Positions 37,368 to 49,735 are shown, numbered from the whole stretch's first letter. The stretch is DNA of 58,039 bases, filler included, from Sphacelaria rigidula (GCA_964200075.2; 7 parts of 7 records of this genome joined end to end with filler, not necessarily neighbours in it); one strand, 5' to 3'. Notes: a model not told the origin generated them from the letters alone. A program made the numbers and translations.

Positions 37368-38667
37368 CGCCGCCGCCTCCCCCGCCGCTAGCTCGAGGAC
37401 CGTCGCCCCCGTTGCTGGATCGACGGTTTGCTTCCTTGTTGTGCTCCCATGGGCAGTTCCGGCGACGGCACACTCCTTCCTTCATCTCCACGAAGCAGTC
37501 TCGGTCACGAAATTGGTTATTTCTGGAGCGGGAACGCTTGGTCGGCGACAGTAGGGAAGAGGTGCGGATGCGGATGCCCCGAAGTCCCCCACTATCAATA
37601 AAGTTGCGCAGGAAAGTTCACTGAGGCGTCACCACCGGAGGCATGTCCTCGATACTTGGAGGCGTTGGGTGCTGCCGCTGGAATGCGACGGCGCTAGTAA
37701 ACAGGCTAGAAGATCACCGACCCAGGTCATCATCAACGAGGGACTCCAGCATGGCGCTTACCTCCGGGTCCAACATCTTGGCGGGCCATTTGCGGCAGAG
37801 TGCGAGTAACAGCGTAGCGCCCTCCTCCATGGCTTCGCGAAGAATCTCCAGACGGACGCGCCCGTCGTCCGACTCGATACCCAGGGAGAGGAGCGTCATT
37901 ATGACCTCGATCAGTATCTCCAGGTGCTCGTACAGCGACGTGCTGGTGACGCGTGGGTCGTCGTTCTCCGCCACATACAGCCGCACGCGAAAACCCCTCA
38001 TGGAGTTAAGTTGTTCCATGACGGCGGGGGTAATGTTTACGATCTCATGCAACACCGCTTGCATCTCCGCCGTCTTCAACCCGCTGACGGTCGAACGCTT
38101 CCCGATCAAAACCCACAACTTCATTATTGTCGGGTTGTACCACGCTTTTATGCTTTCTTTCGCACGAGCCTGTTGGACGTGCGAGTTCGACGCGATTGAA
38201 ACACGTGGCTGCGTCAAACCGTGGACCGCAGGCCGTCCTCCGCCAGCGTCAAACTCCTCGTTCTCGCGACGGCGGTCCCCCGGCGTCGCTGGTGGCTCTG
38301 CCGCGGCGCAGTCTGCCTCCAAGGCCTGAAGCTGTTGAACCGTGCCACGGGCCTCGTCGCGTTCCACCGCGGCCGCATCGCGCTCGGCTTGCATCTCCTC
38401 GAGCCCCGCTCACAACGCGGCTGCCTCGGCTGCCGTGAGCGGACCCTCCCCGCGTGGGGGTGCGGCCGACCGCGCCCTGGGTGGTGCACGCTCCGGCCCC
38501 GATCTACCGGGCGCGCGCTGGGTAGTGTGGGCGCCCCCGCGGCCGCGCCCCCGTGGAGTGCCCCCAGTCGACCCCGATCCACCGGGCGCGCGCCGTGTAG
38601 TACGGGCGCCCCCGCGGCCCTGCCCCCGTGGAGTACCCCCAGTCGACGACCTCGTCGTCGCAGGCAT
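37204..38667 (-). pseudogene. gag-like ORF1 of the YR retroelement (basic N-terminal repeats, coiled coil, CCCH zinc finger)
   Basis: ORF 38410-38667 continues in frame past one TGA into ORF 37714-38394. A C-x8-C-x4-C-x3-H motif (CFVEMKEGVCRRRNCPWEH) lies at 37441-37497. Confidence 0.7.
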
Positions 38668-39119
38668 CTAATGTAGAGAAAAAATAAGGCGGTCACGCGG
38701 ACATGGGCCAATATGGGATAAACAAACGTTTAGCGACGAATATCAACGAGCGGCGGCCACTGGTGTTCGCGTTTCAAACACATGCGAGCATCACGCCGAG
38801 GTGGAAACGCATCGTCAAAATTTCGTGGATAGTTTGGACAGTAGCCTCGCTAACCTTACCCGTAGACAAGCCTCGTATTCCTATCGCAAGCTGGAGAAAT
38901 CAGCTGTCGAGATGTGTCGTTGTTGTGTGTATGTGTGTGTTTTTCGCTCGCCGGCGTTTGGATCGATGACTTTTTGCCGATCACGCCATTTCCGTCATGC
39001 CCCCCCCCCCCGCGGGAATATATATATATATAAATAAAACAGAGAACACTTGTGCCGACGGATTCGATATTTGACCGACGACCACACACACGCTCTACAT
39101 CGCGGACACACCAAGCATC

Positions 39120-40690
39120 CATAATGAAAACGGCAACATCCTATGGTGTTGATTTAGCGGCGTACGTAGGCTTTTGTACGTCGAAGAAAATTACACTTGA
39201 TCGTTCCCATGGACAGTCAAAGTTTCGACTGATATTTATTTGGCTGCTTCCCGAAGTCTTTCGGCACTCTGTATCAAGAAGCGTCTTGACCATCCGCTAA
39301 TTGACCAGAGGGCAACCCCCCGTAAATATCCGGGGGATCGATATACAATCGAAACGGTTAGTACAAAGGGCAGGTGAGGCAGAAAACTTGCTGATATATA
39401 TATACATAAATATATATATACATTGAACATATTGTTTGCTGCAACTCGAAAGGTTTCCGACAGCCCGGGCCACGGAGCGTACACACGTGCACCGCTACTG
39501 ACCAGACGGCAACCTCTCGTGGATTTCCGTGGGAGATTTGGTCCAGCATATATATATATATATATTCACACCGGTTTCTGCACTTCGAAGACGACTGACA
39601 GCGCCGATAAGTAATCGAAAACCCGGGATGAATCGGCAACATCGTATGATCTTGATTCAGCGGCGTTCGTAGGCTTCTGTACTTGTAAGAAAAAAAACAG
39701 AACTAGACAGTTGCACTACAATCGCAACGGCGACCACCTCTGGTTGCGATTGGTTCAAAGGTTTAAGTGATATATATATATATATATATGCTGCCTCCCG
39801 AAGTATTTCGGCACTCTGAATCAAGAAGCGTTTGCACCATTGGCTAATTGACCAGAGGGCAAACTCCCGTGGATTTCCGTACGAGGTTGGTTCAGCGTTT
39901 GCATTTGGTCCGCAGACTTCTGCACTTCGAAGATGACTCGACAGTTCCGATATACAATCGAAACGGCAATTGCACATGACAATCGAGCCAGAAGCCTGCT
40001 TAATTTTTGGGGCTTTTTGTTTGCTGCAACTCGAAAATTCCCGACAGCCCGGTCAAGGAGCGTGCATTTGTGCAACGCTGCTGACCAGACGGCAACCTCC
40101 CACGAAATTCCGTGAGAGGATGGTTCAGCATATTTTTGTTTTCGCTACACAGGCTTCTGCACTTCGAAGAAGACTCCACAGCTCCGATAGGTAATCGAAA
40201 CGGCAACCACACGTGCAATTGAGTCAAAAGCCGGTCGAAATGTGTTGGAGCTCATTGTATTGCTGCAACCCGAAACCGGTAGCCCGGGTCGAGTAGCGTA
40301 TGTGCAGACACGCTATTGACGTGTGCAGCGCTAACTGACCAGACGGCAACCTCCTGTGAATTTCCTTGGGAGGTTGGCTTAGCATAGGCATTTCTTTACG
40401 CAGACTTCTGCCCTTCAAAGACTACTCGACAGTTTCGATAGGTAATCGAAACGGCAACCACACAGTGTAATTGAGTCAGAAGCCTGCTGGAATGTTTGGA
40501 CTCATATTTTTGACTGCAACCCGAAAACATTTTCGGCAGCCCGGGTCGCGAAGCGTATGTGCAACAAACTCGAGAGATGTATGTACAACACGCTATTTGA
40601 CCAGACGGCAACCTCTCGGATGTCCTGGAGAGGTTGGTTCAGCACGATAGGTTTCTGCACTTCGATAAAACTCGACAACTCCAGGATGGC
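39120..40690. repeat. degenerate tandem array of ~240-250-bp units upstream of the YR element ORF1
   Basis: Marker ttctgcacttcga recurs at about 39577, 39918, 40155, 40406 and 40653. Units carry atcgaaacggcaac, tgcaac.cgaaa, agcccgg and tgaccaga.ggcaacctc. A variant sub-block is duplicated at about 39130-39330 and 39634-39880. Confidence 0.85.
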
Positions 40691-41430
40691 CCAGAGCGGC
40701 GATAAACACACCTGTGTGTTAGTGAGTCAGAACACATTCAACATGAGATGGCTGATCCGGAATCGGCAAAGCCCAAACGTGTGCGATTGAGCCAGCACAA
40801 CTCGACAACTCGGGATGATCTGGACGGCAATACACAGATGTCTGCGATGGAGCCAGAAAACCGTGCAACTTTACTTTCGACAGTAGCTGCTTCCCGATAG
40901 CTGGCAGCCTGTTTCACCGTGCGTACAGATATACCACAGTGACCAGACATACCGGTATATGTGATAGCACCACGCCAGGAAGCTGCCCACTGCGCAGCCC
41001 CGCCGCCTTCCGCCTTTTCAAGCGCGTAGATGCCCTCGGGCCACGCCCGGAAGCTGACCCCCCTGCGCAGCGCCGCCTCCTTCACATCTAATCGATAAAA
41101 CGTGTTGGCCTGCGCACCTAATCGATAAAACTTGTTGGCCCCTGTCGAACTGGCCCAACTCCTTCCATGCTCTGTCCACCTTTTGGGTCTGCAACCTACG
41201 CTGACTTGCGTTTCCTTGTTTTGACTATCCGTGGACTTTCCCGCAAAGTGAACGCTTTGGGGTGACCATTGAACTGTTCCTCCGTGACCCTCAAAACGCG
41301 ACTGTATAATAAAGACGAGGCTGGCTATTTGACTGTTCCTCCGTGACCCTAAAAGAGCGGCTTGTGACGCTAGCAGGTCTGCTAGTACTGCAGCGTCTAA
41401 ATGCTGTTGAGGGACTCCCCAGCTCTTCTG

Positions 41431-41530
41431 NNNNNNNNNNNNNNNNNNNNNNNNNNNNNNNNNNNNNNNNNNNNTTAATTAATTAANNNNNNNNNNNNNN
41501 NNNNNNNNNNNNNNNNNNNNNNNNNNNNNN
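41431..41530. other. artificial contig linker
   Basis: N44-TTAATTAATTAA-N44. Confidence 0.98.
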
Positions 41531-41596
41531 CCGGGAATCGAACCCCCCAACTCAACCATCAGAAGGTTACGAGGTTACCAACTGAGCCACCGGGGC
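41531..41596 (-). mobile_element. tRNA-like sequence (SINE head or tRNA pseudogene) truncated by the contig edge
   Basis: Minus strand reads gccccggTGGCTCAGTTGGtaacctcgtaacc-ttctgat-ggttgagttggggGGTTCGATTCCcgg. A box, B box and an anticodon-like stem-loop are present, but the D-stem does not pair and the 3' end is missing. Confidence 0.55.
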
Positions 41597-43771
41597 GATC
41601 ACTAATATCCCAATATAAAGTCATCCCGCGTAGTACCCGGAACTCAAACAAGTATATCACTAAACTGTTGTACCTTATCCTGACAAGGTGTATCGTACTG
41701 ACCACCCCAGGCAATCCTACGAACAGCGAGCACCGGTGCAGGCGATGGAGTCTACACAGAAACATCGCCTGCGTTCGCATACTTGAAAATCTTCACCCCA
41801 TGTATCAGACTCCCATACTGCAATTGTTTGGGAGTGTTTGGGCTCCTTGTGGTGGTTGGTTGGTGGAGAAGGCTATTCCTACAGTACAGAGAACACGACT
41901 GCCCTGGCTTGGGCTGCGCCCTTCCCTTTGCCTTTCGAGGGCAAAGCCATAAAGCCATATTTAGCGAAGATCCGAACAAGAGCGAGGGCGCACGGGGAAC
42001 CGCGGGAGAGGAAGTGAAGCGCGCCAGCGTTGGGGCAGCCGGGCCGTGGATGTGTCGATTTTCAAGATGCGGTTGTTTTTGAGAGATTACATCCACCGAG
42101 GCTTTACTACGAACTTTATTGGGCTTCTAAACGTGAGATGTACTTCGTCTTGTACAGCGAAAGCGCACAATATTCGAAAGTACTGTGCGGTATGTTGCGG
42201 GTAGGGTTAGGGTTAAAGTGTTTTCATGGTGGGTCTCAGGTCGGGGCGGGTTTCGTAGGAATTCAAATAGCCGCCGAAGGCAGCGGGCAAAACGGCAACA
42301 CTCGAAGGACTCAAACGCGGATTCTTGTCTTCGGGCAAATCTAACCGCACACTTTGGGAGTACACACCTAGCCTGCCTCTTGTTCCTGTTTATTTTAGCT
42401 TACACTGCAGATATTGTAGTTTACGTTTCGTAATTTTTCTGCGTTTCGTTCCCGCGTTATGCTCTACAGCTAGAGCGTCTGTTTGTATGAACCCTCACTT
42501 CGTGGAGCCAATTCACCCTGGAGCCATAATTCAGGGTGTGTTCCTTGTCGTGTTGTTTGTCTCTTTTATCAAAACACTTTCACTTGTACAGAAAGGGGAC
42601 ACACGCCTAAGAAGAGCAGAACCGAAATCACTCCACATATTGAAGCCGAAGATATGGGCATCACTACTCCCCCGGCAAATACCGCCACGGATATCACGCA
42701 AATCCTTTTTACATTTTGTCGTACCCACCAGCGCAAATGATCGTGCCCAGACACAGTGGTGTGAGTGCTCCACGAGAAAAGGATGAACCATTCAACTGAA
42801 ACCAGCACACAACCGAAACAGATACAGACAGAATGGCACACAAATGCGGGTGCCCACCGTTGAAACCAAACAGGTTTGCATTGATGCGTTCCCTTGTGCG
42901 CCTACGGTCTATCATTTCGTGGAGCTTTTGTACGGTTTCAACACCTCTGCAGCTACTTTGAGCCAGCACGAGTGCTATGCGCTGAGATTGCTCAAACTGG
43001 AAAGGCTTGATGTTAGCCTGCTAGTAACGGCTGAACTTGTAAGTCGTTTTACGTTTCCTAGCCGTGGTTCCGTTGTCCACCGTGTGCTTTAACCTACATG
43101 GAATGGATTCCGTGGCCTCGCCCAAACCACAGACCAACAGCAGCAGAAACCTGGTGAGATACCTGTAGCACCCTACAAAAATGATGAAATAATTAAACCC
43201 ACGTTGTCCAAAAATATGTATATACACGTTTTACGTCATTGTCTCGAATTTGCCTAAACGTCATACTTCGAACGTAGATCTTTGTCGCCCCTCAACGATA
43301 TTGTTCGTTCCCTGCCGCGTGACGACGAAATACGCTCGTACAGGGACACCATCATCAGTCGCAACTCAGAAAAGATTAAAAATATCCTTCATTTTTCAGA
43401 GTATCGAATGTGAAACGAAGCCGTTCGTTAGCAAGAGCGGCGCGAACTCGGACAAGCTCACGTGAACTATGCGCTTGACTCGTTTGATAGAGACGCAGAA
43501 AAAGATGAGGGAAGACACAATACAATCAAAGAGACGACAGCCACCTGGACCAGTGCTCGTTTCGTCCGTGAAGCGAAGCAGCGTACCAAGGAGCTCGGGA
43601 ATCCGCGAACTAGTGAAAGACCAGGTGGGAAAATTTCGCGCGCACGTGGAGAATAAAATCTTTCCTTGAGAGGGTGTAGATTGTGTAATGAAATCTCGCA
43701 CCACCTCGGCATTGCAGTTGGGATCGATACGCTCACGCTCCGCTTCACGCTAACGGCAACGATGAAATAAA

Positions 43772-46700
43772 CTATATCCTGAGAACTGCTCGTCTGGCCA
43801 CAACAATCAACATCAACGCACAGCTCCCAAATATCACTTTGGCAACACCAGACTCCCTCACAACCCCCCGCAAGATCGACCGGAATGATTTGCTGCTGTC
43901 GCTGACAGAAAATAACGAAGGTGGAGGAAACACCTGCGGTAACACGTCACAGAGGCGGCAGGAGGGGGTCCGAAAACAGAGGTTGCCGTCCAAGAGGGGG
44001 TGCGTCTGTGCATCACGTGCGACAATCATGTGTCCGAGAGCGACATTTCACATATCGACCCATGATCGCAAGCGCCAGAGAGAGAGGAAAATGACTGCTT
44101 GCTCACCTTAGGAGCGAGACGACCGAGGGTCTTGCTCAGCATCACCGTCAGAACGAGCTGGGCCACAAGGATTTTCCGCGTGCTTATCATCGATGCAATG
44201 TTGCTCAGAGTACACACAGCATGGACTTCCTCGAGTCTGAGCCTGCCGTAGGCTTCTAGGACTTTCGGTATGTCGATGACTTTGGTCGTGGCTGCCTGAT
44301 CTATTTCGGCAGCTAGCACTTGAGCTAGGATCTGGCAATCCTCTGGAAAAAACAGGGTCACAGCAGCAGCTAATTAGTGCTCTCATTCGCCACACAATCA
44401 ACTCCGCAGTGTATATGAAAAAGACCAATGGACATTTACTTTCGGAACGCCAACTTTGTTGGGGAAGGATCATTGGTGTGTGAGAGAGATCGGGTGGATC
44501 CCAAGTAAAAGTGGCGAGATGAGGGTGACCATCGCAAGATTGTGGACGAGGTTAAAAAGATCCACTTTCGACTCAAATTTTCTGGCGACACCCGTTTTTC
44601 GGGGCACCCAAGACGAATGGGTAGCTTCGCCGGTTCCACAGATGCGAAAACCACCGCCATGTCTGCATGTGGATACGCAGCTTCTCTCAGCAGGTATTGG
44701 TGTGGAAGGGATAGCATGAGCGGTTTGAGTCACGAGCAACTGAGCAGGGTCATGTGCCCCTTCTCACCTAACGCGCAATTTGTGCCTTGGCCAAGAGACG
44801 CCGACATCGCATGAGCGGCGTCCCCGATAAGAACTACGCTTTCCAGGGCCAACTGAGAGCAGTATATTGTTCGAAGCGTCTTCGGCCTGAGCGAATGAGT
44901 TGGATTCGGTATGGGAAGGGGGAGATACGCGGGCGGGCGCTGAACGCAGCACATACGTCGCTCTTTGCAAGGGATGGGCTTCTACGAGCATCAACAGGAA
45001 CTCAACGGAGGGCGCACCACGAACCAACCCTGCTCGCAAACGAAGACACCACGAACCACTTCAAATGCATGACCCCATCTGGGTGAATTCCAGTGGAACG
45101 AAAGCAACAGCTGAAGATCGAAAGCAACATCGTCGCCGGTTCTCCCTGGCGACCAACAACCGAGTACAACGCGAAGTTCGTGACCAAGTTTCGGTGGGAA
45201 AGGTCGCGGAAATGGTACACGCACCACACGTCGGGCACGTAGTAAAGATGTTCCTGCGTGCGTCGCAGGAGGCGTTGGACACAAATTGGCTGCGCGTGAC
45301 AAACAATGCTCGCCCCTTTTCGCCGCCCGTTCTCACTTCGTCAATGAACGAATCAGATGAGTAGCAGCAGGTGCGATATGCGGGAGTGTCCCTCAAATAG
45401 CACAACATACCCATTTCGTAGAATACACATCATACAAAGTGCATCTGAAAGTTTACCGCGAGGCTACCCCTGAAACACCTCGTTGCCCTAATTTGCGAGA
45501 CCTGATACGGGCAAGGAAAGTGAGTGAGCTTTAGCTTCTCGCGCGGGAAGGGGAGTTTGTGCTTCTTCTGGCAGTGTTGAGTGATTCCCAACGATCGGCG
45601 AGCGATTCAAAATAGAGGACCAAAACTTTTTACTGCCACAAAATGTGCAAACATCACACGGCACATCGTTACCGTTGTTCGAGGAAATTTCTCGCAAACG
45701 CTTCATGCGGTCCTTCCGGCCCAAAGATGCCAGGATGATTACGGCCGAAGTACTCTCGCACGTCCTGCGTCGTGGACATGAGCGTCTCGAACGTCACCTT
45801 CCCTTCCTTTGGCAATATCAGTGCAGCCGTGATAACACCATCTGCAAATACGTTCGAGATTTGAATGAGAATGAGTGCCATGAAGCAGAAGTGGACGGGC
45901 AACGACAAAACGTTTCCTTTTCAGAAGAAAGTATTTGAGAACCACCCCTTGAACTTACTGTGCACATCGCAAGGATGGTCTACCTTCAAATACCGGGTCT
46001 TCTGTTCAGGCGTCGACATACGCTGAAAATTGGGAAAGCTGGCTACAGGCTCCCACAACGATGCCGCTGCAGAACAACCAACTCCATCACGTCGGACGGT
46101 CAAGCGACACCTCGGCGTGTGTGTTATATACATTTCAAACGCTGGAGAAGGCACTCAGCGGAGAACATGCAGGTGTGCAGACGATTGGGCGACTGGTAAA
46201 ACAATCCTGCGTTGCGACATGCTGCACCTGATCGCGGGGAGGCCGTGATTGAACCTTTCTTCGAGTTGCTCGAATGGATGCATGACATCCAGCTCTCTTC
46301 TGCACCCTCCATATCCATGACCGGAGCTTCAAAAACCTTGAATGCCTTTTCATCCTGTCCTTACCAACAGGGGCAGCGGGTTTTGTGCAGATGGTCCAGT
46401 TTCGTGGCACGAGGTTCACACAATCGAATCTTGTACTCGTATGACTCCTGTGCTCAACGCGAACAACATACATTTTCATGCTCCATGCGCCAACCAGATA
46501 TCTTCTGCACCCTCCATACCCACGAACGGAGCTTCGAGAGTCTTGAATGCCCTTACATTATGTCCTTACTGTTCGTAGTATGATGGTAGCATCGACATAT
46601 CGACTGCTGTGACAGTTGGCATGACTGCTGTAATACAAGTAGGCCTATTGGCATATTGACTGTTGTGACTACTTTGTAGCAGCACAAGTAGTACAGGTAG

Positions 46701-48805
46701 AACGGTTCAATCTGATTGGACAGTATGAAGATCGGGAATGTCATTGTAGGTCACGAGTCGAGTACATGTGCGAATTGCAAGGAAGTTTCTGAGTAGCTGT
46801 AGGAGAGCTCTGTATGGTGCGTGCATTAGCCCGATGCGATTGTGGGTAATCACGCACGGTGTGTTCCTCTTTCTCTCTCAACCGCCAGTTCTCTGGAGCT
46901 TCTAGTATCAACGATTAAACATCTGTCTTCGTGTCTTCACGAGCCACGGATTTACCAACACTTACCAACAGCGGCAACGGGTTTTGTGCAAATGGCCCGG
47001 CTATGTGGTACGAGGTTCACAACATCGCATCTCGTATTCGTTGGACTCCTGTGCCCAACGCAAACTCCACACATGTTCGTGCACCATATGCCAACGGAAA
47101 CGCGTCCTTCGGTAGCGACGTCTTGGCTAGTCAAATTGCGTCGCACTTCGATCTTCTGCAAAAAATGTAGAATGTCTTACGAGTACAATGTACACCGAAG
47201 TCATGACCAAAGCATGCGGGGGTGCGTTTGAAGTCGGAACAGCATCTTACCTCCTGTTCTCTAACAGTGAAGCCGGCGGCATGATCTTGAAGAGCTCGAC
47301 GCACTCGGCTGTTCACCCCATCGGCGCCCACGAGCATGTCGAAGGAGCTCTCGAGCGCTTGGCCATCTTCGCGTTCGAAAGTGGCGACCCTGTTTGAAGT
47401 ATTTCAGAAGAGGGACAGTTTCACAAGTATTAACCCCATGTTCGGGCAGCGGTCAGCCATCAGCGGTCAGCCCCGCCAAATGGCAGCAAGGGACCGGAGC
47501 AAATGAGGACACTCGATCTTTTCTGCTTCCTTCCTGAAAGCGAGAAATTAAACAACACGTCAAAATATCTTGCAAACGCCCGGCATTTCGCTGGGCGGAA
47601 GTGTGAGTACCTCTTTCGAACATCCATCGTCGAGAAAGTGCAACCGAAGTGAACTTTGACTCTCGGGGATTGTCGCGCCTTGTTCAGCAACGCCATCGCG
47701 AGATCTCCCCGGCAGATGCTCTTGGTTCCATCGGCCATCCCCGCGGCACGTTTTTGTTTGGCGTTGTGGCGTACGCGGCCAGCAACGGTGACAACGAAAT
47801 CACCAGCCTGAGGAGAAACGACGTGACGCGGAGTGAGGGGAGTCCCCCGAGTACATTTTACTGTAAACGGGAGCGGTGAGATCAGGTCGAAGCGAATTCC
47901 GAGTGCAGACGTTCTGCCGACGAGCACAACAAGTGGGTGAGCATTTCCATAGCATTACGTCCTGCCATGGTAGATGAAAAACTCTCGGTGACATGTGTGC
48001 GCACCATACTTGAGACTAAAATGTCCGCCAGTTCCTAGCTGCAAAGGAGGTAAAGACGCTTGGCAGATGCACCACTCACGGTGCCACGAAACATAACTGT
48101 GTAATATCACCTCGAAAGATGCAATACAGCCATTGGGACTTGTTCATAACAGTGCACACCCCGACATCGCAACGCCACGACACTTATAATGAACGCGAAT
48201 CCGGCGCTTGTCAAGGGCGGCGCGTGTCGCCATGCAGGCACAGGCAGGCGCATCTCTTTGCAAATCGGAGGCAGATCCATTCGCCCGCCCACGTTCGGCA
48301 CACGTGTCGCAACCAGAGGGTTCCAGTTGTCGTAGGCCTTGAATTGCCCACTAACGTAGGGGACGTCTATGGGCGGGACGTCCTCTGGCGGGAATCAGAC
48401 TAGCGAGACTTTCAAGCAAACACATACCTCCTCCAGAAGGTCTAAGCCCGCGCCTTTAAGAGCGTCGTTTCCTCTGTCAAATAGGATCACGTTCCAGGAA
48501 CGTGAAGTAGGCCCCGCGATCTTGCTTTCCTCAAGGGCTTCGAACAGATCGACCTCAAAATCACCCATCCGAGACAGGTACAGAGCCATCAAAGCCCCCG
48601 CAGGACCTCCCCCGATAACGGCCACTCGTTGAGGTTTCACCGCAACGGAGGTCGAAGCTCCAGCGACATTAGCGGCCATGCGAGTAACGCATTTACTTGA
48701 GCTAAGAGTTGGTGACGAAGGAGTCAATGCGAAAGCGCTGACCGTCGTGGTTAGCGCCAAGACCCTCGCGAGCAAATTGGCGCCACCCATGCACGACGTC
48801 TTCAT
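43772..48805 (-). CDS. FAD-dependent monooxygenase, kynurenine 3-monooxygenase-like, 508 aa, predicted plastid-targeted; 8 exons: 48428-48805, 47611-47807, 47251-47389, 46228-46354, 45673-45841, 44768-44886, 44107-44342, 43772-43933
   Basis: All seven introns are GT-AG with matching phases, giving 1527 nt from ATG to TAG. Group A flavin monooxygenase motifs are VAVIGGGPAG, LVGADGVNSRVR and VLIGDAAHAMSASLGQGTNCALED. KMO-like segments are RSWNVIL..RG..AL and P..DG.ITAAL.LP.EG..TFE. The C-terminus is hydrophobic, and the N-terminus is a signal peptide with VSA|FAL followed by a Ser/Thr-rich transit-like stretch. Confidence 0.9.
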
Positions 48806-49735
48806 CGTTGAGTGCGAACAACACGAACAGGCAGTCGTGCGTACGACGAGAGAGGGCGAAGAAAAAGGGTCGGGGAAGGACAAGAACACGAGGGAAAGGC
48901 GTAGGTCACATTGGATACAGTTAACAGCGCGTCCTTCAGTCGAACACGTTCAATTCCATTTCTTGTGCGTCGGATCCGTTGATTGCCTATGAGCTTAATC
49001 CCACGCGCTCGGATCGGGTCATTGCCCGAACGAGCATCGTTCGTGAAGGTTTCAGTAGAGGGCTCGGGGTCGAGTTGTACACTGGCGGAGTTATCCGTGA
49101 TGAGGGTCACGATCAGTGCAGCGACCTGCCACGGCGAGGGCAGCGAATCAACCGCGGACGGACCGACATACTGCTGAAGCTACATGCTCTTCTACTACCC
49201 TTCCATATGTTGAAACTAAACTTCTGCTTCAAGGTTCTAATAATAGAGTTCATTTAGTGGCTGCAGCGGGGAGGCTCCTCGCCGCCACCAGCGCCACGCT
49301 GCGGTAGTATAGGCGTGATCTCTCTCGCCACCTGCCCTTTAGAGGCGGTGCTTGTGAAAGACGGGGTAACGCATATGAAAACATAATTTAGTATATACTA
49401 CCCCTTGATGAATATCTATATATAAAATATATAACATATAAATATATAGTCTAATATAAACAATATAATACGTATTAAGGAGAAGAATATGTATAATATA
49501 GACCAATAATACAGACCTATGTTATATGATATATAATATATGAAATATAATTGTTGAATTAAAATATATGATATGTAATATAAGAGGATCTCTACTGTCT
49601 ACGGCAGCTGACTGCATCCGCCAACGCTTCGGCAAAAAACCGGGGGACACACGGCTGGGTGTCGCCCCCCCCCCCCCCCCCCCCCCCCCACCCCCCCGAC
49701 CGCCCCCCCCCCCCCCCCCCCACCCCCCCCGCGAC

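Larger units (their letters stand above)
33755..38700 (-). mobile_element. tyrosine-recombinase retrotransposon (DIRS order, Ngaro-like), near full coding length but decayed
   Basis: Minus-strand order is gag-like ORF1 (about 38667-37200, CCCH finger), RT (about 37000-35700), RNase H (about 35500-35050), then the YR N-terminal SAM-like domain and catalytic domain (35041-33755). No integrase, protease or methyltransferase is seen. Several premature stops and frameshifts. Confidence 0.92.

Noticed and set aside
41531..41596. Functional tRNA-Gln(CTG) gene
   Set aside because: The D-stem does not pair, the T-stem is weak and the 3' acceptor strand is cut off by the contig edge. Kept only as tRNA-like.
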